Below, piece by piece: positions 30,402 through 35,316 of a stretch of 35,316 nt of DNA (position 1 is the first letter of the stretch; every line of letters starts with the position of its first letter). The position numbers were made by a program, and so were the translations under genes. A model generated the notes under the pieces. That model saw nothing but the letters and a program-made list of their open reading frames with translations. It did no database searches and was not told where the DNA came from. The DNA is taken from sequence record SRR20825010_3251, one strand, 5' to 3'.

Positions 30402-31814
30402 ATGTCCGTCATGTCATTTTCACCCGCCTTGCTACCCAGCGTTAACCGACGCAATCTACTCAAAACTTTTTTGTATGGTGCCAGCGCCAGCACGCTGCCG
30501 TGGCTGGCAGGTTGTGGTGGCTCCGACAGCCCTTCCGGCAGCGCAGCCGGGCGTGTGGGCTCATCTGAATCCAACCGCTTTGGCGGCACGGCGATCAGCA
30601 ACAACCAGTTTCGGTTTCGCAACATCGGCCCACTGGGCGAACCCGATGCCAATGGCGTGCGCACGGCAGCAGGGTTTTCAACACGAGTAGTTGCCATCAG
30701 CAACATGCCGCCCGCACCCGACGCAACACCCTGGCACATTTTCAATGACGGTGGCGGCGTAGTGCCACGCGAGGATGGTGGCTGGATATATTGCTCCAAC
30801 AGCGAAATTCCAGGCTTCGGCAGCCTGGGGTTTACCGTGCCTGAATTGGCGCCCGTTGGCAACGCACTGGAGACCTTCAGCCCCGGCCTGGGCGGTGCAA
30901 GCGCACTGGTGTTTGGGCCAGACGGCACGGTTGAAGACAGCTACCGGATTTTGGGCGACACCACCTTCAATTGCGCAGGTGTAGTTACACCCTGGAAAAC
31001 CTGGTTAAGCTGCGAGGAAATTCCAACCGGCCTGGTGTGGGAATGCGATCCCTTTGGACTACAAGCTGCGCGCCCCCTGCCTGCCTTGGGCATGTTCAGC
31101 CACGAAGCAGTTGCCGTCGACAGCGAGCGCCGAGTGCTTTACATGACCGAAGACATGCCCGATGGGCGCTTTTACCGCTGGGTACCCACCGCCGGGGACT
31201 GGCCCGAAGGTGCAGAACGCGCCAACCTGAATCAGGGTGTGTTGCAGGTTTTGAAGGTAGATGGCCCAGTGGGCAATGCATTGAATGGCCCCATTCGTTA
31301 TAGCTGGGTGAACGCCGCAAACCCCAACGCGCCGCAAACCGAGAACCGCCTGCCAGACACCGCCGTGTTCGATGGTGGCGAAGGTGTGTGGTATCAGAAT
31401 GACCGCGTGTTTTTCGCCACCAAGGGCGACGATCGCCTGTGGATGCTGAACACCACCAACCAAACCATTGAAGTGGTCTACGACATGGCCACAGCCATGG
31501 CGCCCAACAACATTCTTTCCGGTGTTGACAACATCACCATGACCCCGTTTGGTGAAGTACTGGTGGCCGAAGACGGCGGCAGCATGCAGGTGGTGGTGGT
31601 TTACCCCGACGGCAAGCTGGTGCCCCTGCTTGAAATTGTGGGGCAAGACCAATCTGAAATTGCGGGCATTGCATTCAGCCCCGATGGAAGACGCATGTAC
31701 TTCACCAGCGACCGCGGTGGCCCCGACGGGCAGGGCGGCTACGGGCTTGGTTTGGGCATGCTTTATGAATTGATGATTCCCGACTTCCTGCCTAACGCAG
31801 TACCCAACAACTAA
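30402..31814 (+). CDS. phoX: PhoX-family (DUF839) alkaline phosphatase, Tat-exported lipoprotein
   Basis: NRRNLLK twin-arginine signal, LAGC lipobox, N.E, NCAG..TPW.TWLSCEE, G.F.HEA.AVD, GEG, DN, AED and E.AG..FSPDG. Confidence 0.85.
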   Translation: MSVMSFSPALLPSVNRRNLLKTFLYGASASTLPWLAGCGGSDSPSGSAAGRVGSSESNRFGGTAISNNQFRFRNIGPLGEPDANGVRTAAGFSTRVVAISNMPPAPDATPWHIFNDGGGVVPREDGGWIYCSNSEIPGFGSLGFTVPELAPVGNALETFSPGLGGASALVFGPDGTVEDSYRILGDTTFNCAGVVTPWKTWLSCEEIPTGLVWECDPFGLQAARPLPALGMFSHEAVAVDSERRVLYMTEDMPDGRFYRWVPTAGDWPEGAERANLNQGVLQVLKVDGPVGNALNGPIRYSWVNAANPNAPQTENRLPDTAVFDGGEGVWYQNDRVFFATKGDDRLWMLNTTNQTIEVVYDMATAMAPNNILSGVDNITMTPFGEVLVAEDGGSMQVVVVYPDGKLVPLLEIVGQDQSEIAGIAFSPDGRRMYFTSDRGGPDGQGGYGLGLGMLYELMIPDFLPNAVPNN

Positions 31815-31830
31815 TTCAAGGACTTTCACC

Positions 31831-33585
31831 ATGTCAGGACCACGTCGAAAACGAAGCCGCATTCAAAAACGCGCCGGCATTACACGCCGCTCATTCCTGA
31901 AAGGGCTGGGTTTTGGCACCGCCAGTGTCACAGGTTTGGGCCTGCTGCACGGCTGCGGCAGCGACAACAATTCAAGCACTCCAACCGACAGCCGCACCAC
32001 AGCCAGCGACAACACACCCACGCAGAATGTGCAGTTTCTGCACAGCGTGGCCAGTGGCGACCCTGCCTTCGACAGCGTGGTGTTGTGGACCCGCATCACG
32101 CCGGGAAATGGGCCTGAAAACACGAACCGCACCGTAGCAGGCCGCGTGGATGTATTCAAGGATGAAGCGCTAACCCTGTTTGTGAAGTCGATGAACTTCC
32201 AAACCACCGCCGATCAAGACTTCACCGTGAAACTGATTTGCGACGGGCTGGAACAGGACAGCGTATATTTTTATCAATTCCGCAGCAACGGCACCACAAG
32301 CCCGGTGGGGCGTACCCGCACTGCGCCTGCAGCAGGCAACAAACGCCCCTTGAACTTTGGCGTGGTCAGCTGCTCAAGCCTGGCACACGGGTTTTTCAAC
32401 GCCTACAACAAGCTGGCTGATCGCGACGACATCGACGCCATCATTCACCTGGGCGACTACATTTACGAATACGGTACCGGCCAGTACGGCACGGTACGCG
32501 AATACGAACCCGCCACTGAGATTATTTCTCTGAGCGACTACCGAACCCGCCACGCCCAGTACAAGCGCGATGAAGACCTGCAAAAACTGCACGCGCGATT
32601 CCCCTTCATTACCATTTGGGACGACCACGAATCCACCAACAACTCCTACCGCGACGGCGCAGAAAATCACACAGAGGGCGCTGAAGGCGTGTGGGAAGAG
32701 CGCAAGGGCTTCGCACAACGTGCCTATGACGAATGGATGCCCATTCGCCTGCCGGAACCTGGCAACCGCGCCAAAATTTTCCGCCGCGTACAGTTTGGCG
32801 ACATGGTGGACTTGTTCATGCTCGACACCCGCCTGTTTGACCGCGACATTGAAGCCGCAACGCCTGTGAACCCCACCGATGGTGTTGCAAGCGAACCAGA
32901 CCGCACCATGATCGGCGAGGAACAGTACAACTTCCTGATCAACGGCATGCGTGAATCACAAGCCCAGTGGAAGCTGGTGGGCAACCAGGTGGTGTTTCAC
33001 CAGTGGATCATCAAACCCGGCGTCAACAACCCGGCACCCACACCAGTGGGCGACCTGCTTGCACCTTCCGGCCTGAACGGCGACGCGTGGGACGGCTACA
33101 GCGCCGAGCGCCAACGCATCATCAGCGCCCTGCGTGGCGACGATGGCGGCCCAGCGATCGACAACGTGGTCATTCTGACCGGCGACGTGCACAGTGCATG
33201 GGTGGCCGACATCACCGACAACCCCAACCAGCCCGTGGATGCTGCGGGCGGCTACAACCCGGTCACAGGCGATGGCAGCGTGGCCACCGAATTTGTGGTG
33301 AGCTCGGTCACCTCTCCGGGTCTGGACGTACCCAATCAAATTATTGAAGGTATTCGCCTGAGCAGCCCACACATCAAGCACGTGAATGTGACCGAGCGCG
33401 GATACAGCGTGCTTCGCGTGGCCGAAGACCGAACCACCTGCGAATACTGGGCTGTCAGCACCATTCTTGAGCGGGGTGGCTCCGAACAGCTGTCGGCAAC
33501 TTTCGACGTTGCAGCCGGCGCCAACCGCATTACCCAGCAGGGCGTGTTCCCTGTGGACGAGGTCACCGGCCTGTTGGGTGTTTGA
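31831..33585 (+). CDS. phoD: PhoD-family alkaline phosphatase, Tat-exported lipoprotein
   Basis: TRRSFLK, LHGC lipobox, F.HSVASGDP, VVLWTR, HLGDYIYE, IWDDHE, LDTR, D.WDGY..ER and TGDVH. Confidence 0.93.
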   Translation: MSGPRRKRSRIQKRAGITRRSFLKGLGFGTASVTGLGLLHGCGSDNNSSTPTDSRTTASDNTPTQNVQFLHSVASGDPAFDSVVLWTRITPGNGPENTNRTVAGRVDVFKDEALTLFVKSMNFQTTADQDFTVKLICDGLEQDSVYFYQFRSNGTTSPVGRTRTAPAAGNKRPLNFGVVSCSSLAHGFFNAYNKLADRDDIDAIIHLGDYIYEYGTGQYGTVREYEPATEIISLSDYRTRHAQYKRDEDLQKLHARFPFITIWDDHESTNNSYRDGAENHTEGAEGVWEERKGFAQRAYDEWMPIRLPEPGNRAKIFRRVQFGDMVDLFMLDTRLFDRDIEAATPVNPTDGVASEPDRTMIGEEQYNFLINGMRESQAQWKLVGNQVVFHQWIIKPGVNNPAPTPVGDLLAPSGLNGDAWDGYSAERQRIISALRGDDGGPAIDNVVILTGDVHSAWVADITDNPNQPVDAAGGYNPVTGDGSVATEFVVSSVTSPGLDVPNQIIEGIRLSSPHIKHVNVTERGYSVLRVAEDRTTCEYWAVSTILERGGSEQLSATFDVAAGANRITQQGVFPVDEVTGLLGV

Positions 33586-33612
33586 ACGTTTCTAAGGTAA
33601 GATCCGGGCTGT

Positions 33613-34554
33613 TTGATTGACCTGCTTTCAGCCTGGATCCCCCAAGTGCCCCTGTCCAAAATTCTTCCTGCCCCGGTTATCGGTGTAATCACCGTGACCC
33701 TGATGATCCTGTGCATCACATTCTGGTTTATTGTGATGTTTCCGTTCATCCTGTTGCGCCTCGTGCCTGTGTACAAAGTACAGCGTGTGGCCTCCAATGC
33801 CTGTGTGCAAATTGCCACCTTGTGGGTCGGCTCCAACAAGCGCTTGTACAAATTATTGCATGGGCAGCAGGGGCAAGTTGAAATTCACGGGCAGTTTAAA
33901 CCCGACAGCAGTTATTTGGTGATCAGCAACCACGCCGCATGGGCCGACATTGTTGTGCTGTTTGATGTGCTGCACGGTCACAGCCCCTTTGGCCGCTTCT
34001 TTTTGAAAAAAGAATTGATCTGGGTGCCCATTGTGGGCGTGGTGTGCTGGGCCATGGACTTCCCGTTCATGAAGCGCCACAGCCACGCCGCCATTGCGCG
34101 CAACCCGGTACTGGCCAGCCAGGACCTGGAAACCACCCGCAAAGCCTGCGCCGTCTACAAGGAAAGCCCGGTCACCGTCATCAACTTTCTGGAAGGTACA
34201 CGCTTTACACCCGCCAAAAAAGCCAAAACAAAATCGCCTTACACCCATTTGCTGGGCCCGAAGTACGGCGGCTTGTCTGCTTCACTGAATGCCATGGGCG
34301 AACAGTTTGAAGGCATGGTGAACGTGACCATTGCCTATGGCCCAAGCCGCGGCAACACCACTTGGTCCTGGTTGTGCGGCCAGCAACCCAATATGCAGGT
34401 ACATGTTGAAATTCTGCCCATTCCCGCCGACATGATTGCTGGCGATTTCCGGGGTGACCTTGAATTCAAGAACCGTTTCAAAACCTGGATTGGGGGCGTT
34501 TGGACAGCGAATGACCAACGCCTTGCACGGATGAAGAACAAAGCGGGGCGATGA
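33613..34554 (+). CDS. PlsC-family (YihG-like) lysophospholipid acyltransferase
   Basis: ISNH..W.DI (HX4D), FFLKKEL.WVP..G...WA.DFPFMKR, NF.EGTRFT, HLL.PK.GG. TTG start. Confidence 0.88.
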   Translation: MIDLLSAWIPQVPLSKILPAPVIGVITVTLMILCITFWFIVMFPFILLRLVPVYKVQRVASNACVQIATLWVGSNKRLYKLLHGQQGQVEIHGQFKPDSSYLVISNHAAWADIVVLFDVLHGHSPFGRFFLKKELIWVPIVGVVCWAMDFPFMKRHSHAAIARNPVLASQDLETTRKACAVYKESPVTVINFLEGTRFTPAKKAKTKSPYTHLLGPKYGGLSASLNAMGEQFEGMVNVTIAYGPSRGNTTWSWLCGQQPNMQVHVEILPIPADMIAGDFRGDLEFKNRFKTWIGGVWTANDQRLARMKNKAGR

Positions 34555-34578
34555 CCACACTGGCCCCCTTGACAGCTT

Positions 34579-34593
34579 TGATACACTACAACA
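34579..34593. promoter_or_regulatory. Candidate Zur box
   Basis: TGATACACTACAACA matches 11 of 14 defined positions of TGTTATAnTATAACA. It lies just after a TTGACA hexamer (34569-34574) and upstream of a His-rich ORF and a ZnuD-like receptor. Confidence 0.4.
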
Positions 34594-34629
34594 ACTGTTG
34601 CAAACACAAATAACACACTGAACACACTG

Positions 34630-34971
34630 ATGCGTTCCCGCTGCTTTCATCACCTGCTAATCGCGCTAGCCCTACTTGCAGCGCAATGGGCAGGGCTTGC
34701 CCACAGCATCGAGCACCGTCAACATTTGCACCCAGCTCAACAGGGTGCAGAACACGCCGTTGAACACAGCGGGTCGTCCGCAGACCTGCTTCACTCCTGT
34801 TTGCTGTTCGATGGACTAAGTACTGCGCACGCAGCGGTGTCCAACCCCCCTGCCGGTTTGGCTTTGCCCCTGCTGGCACAGCTCGGCACCCAAACCGCTG
34901 CCATTGCAGCCCCCCGCAACACCTTGTTCGCACAACGCGTGCGTGTGCGCGACCCGCCCCGTTTTTCCTGA
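34630..34971 (+). CDS. DUF2946/CruR-like leader protein (His-rich, C-terminal RxPP motif)
   Basis: Hydrophobic N-terminal helix ending LAHSIEH, a His-rich linker, HSCLLFD, an Ala/Pro-rich spacer and terminal RVRDPPRFS. Directly upstream of a TonB-dependent receptor. Confidence 0.75.
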   Translation: MRSRCFHHLLIALALLAAQWAGLAHSIEHRQHLHPAQQGAEHAVEHSGSSADLLHSCLLFDGLSTAHAAVSNPPAGLALPLLAQLGTQTAAIAAPRNTLFAQRVRVRDPPRFS

Positions 34972-35058
34972 AACTTTACAACGCAAAGTACACAATTGAC
35001 CGCCCATGCCTAGGCCACAAAGCCGGGCAACGGCGGCTTGTCACATTTCAGGAAAAAC

Positions 35059-35316
35059 ATGAACACTTTTCAATTCCAGCGCAGGGCAGTCGCCCTGGCA
35101 AGCATGCTATTGATTGCCAACGCACAAGCCCTTGCACAAGAACCTGTGCTTGAATCCGTGGTGGTTACTGGCACAGCTGACAAACCCGATTCAATCACCA
35201 AGCCTTTTTCAGTCATCACGGCGGACGAACTGAACGCCAGTGGCGCAAGCACCATAGGCGAGGCCTTGCGCTATCAGCCAGGCGTGTCCTCCACCGGCTT
35301 CGGACCCAATTCCAGC
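35059..35316 (+). CDS. TonB-dependent receptor, ZnuD-like (5' part only)
   Basis: Hand translation: MNTFQFQRRAVALASMLLIANAQALA-QEPVLESVVVTG...SVITADEL....ASTIGEALRYQPGVSSTGFGPNSS, i.e. signal peptide, TonB box and start of the plug domain. AGGA Shine-Dalgarno. Confidence 0.88.
   Translation, partial: MNTFQFQRRAVALASMLLIANAQALAQEPVLESVVVTGTADKPDSITKPFSVITADELNASGASTIGEALRYQPGVSSTGFGPNSS

Overview
Gene-dense chromosomal segment of a betaproteobacterium. Gene order and protein style suggest Burkholderiales, possibly Limnobacter-like (inference). From left to right: the 5' end of a NUDIX hydrolase; a truncated CPA2 antiporter remnant; an FRG-domain gene that apparently starts at CTG; zwf-ppc divergent from edd-eda around a HexR-type palindrome; a lower-GC orphan with an H...SGH(F/Y)xP toxin/effector-like motif set; DUF3567 behind a good sigma32-type promoter; a degenerate COG0523-like mini-protein; the conserved def-fmt-htpX-rsmB-DUF4390-ntrY-ntrX-trkA-trkH cluster; dprA-topB; an MnmC with a decayed methyltransferase domain; a YeeE/YedE pair behind an ArsR/SmtB-type inverted repeat; a CHASE hybrid kinase; an MBL-fold hydrolase; a P460-fold cytochrome lacking the cross-link Lys; tandem Tat-lipoprotein phosphatases PhoX and PhoD; a YihG-like acyltransferase; and a His-rich DUF2946/CruR-like leader ORF ending in RDPP, followed by a hairpin and a ZnuD-like TonB-dependent receptor. 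I saw no rRNA, tRNA, CRISPR array, integrase or transposase. The best candidates for something new are the RDPP leader/TonB module and the orphan at 8132-8869. All family assignments come from motif recognition by eye; no searches were run.
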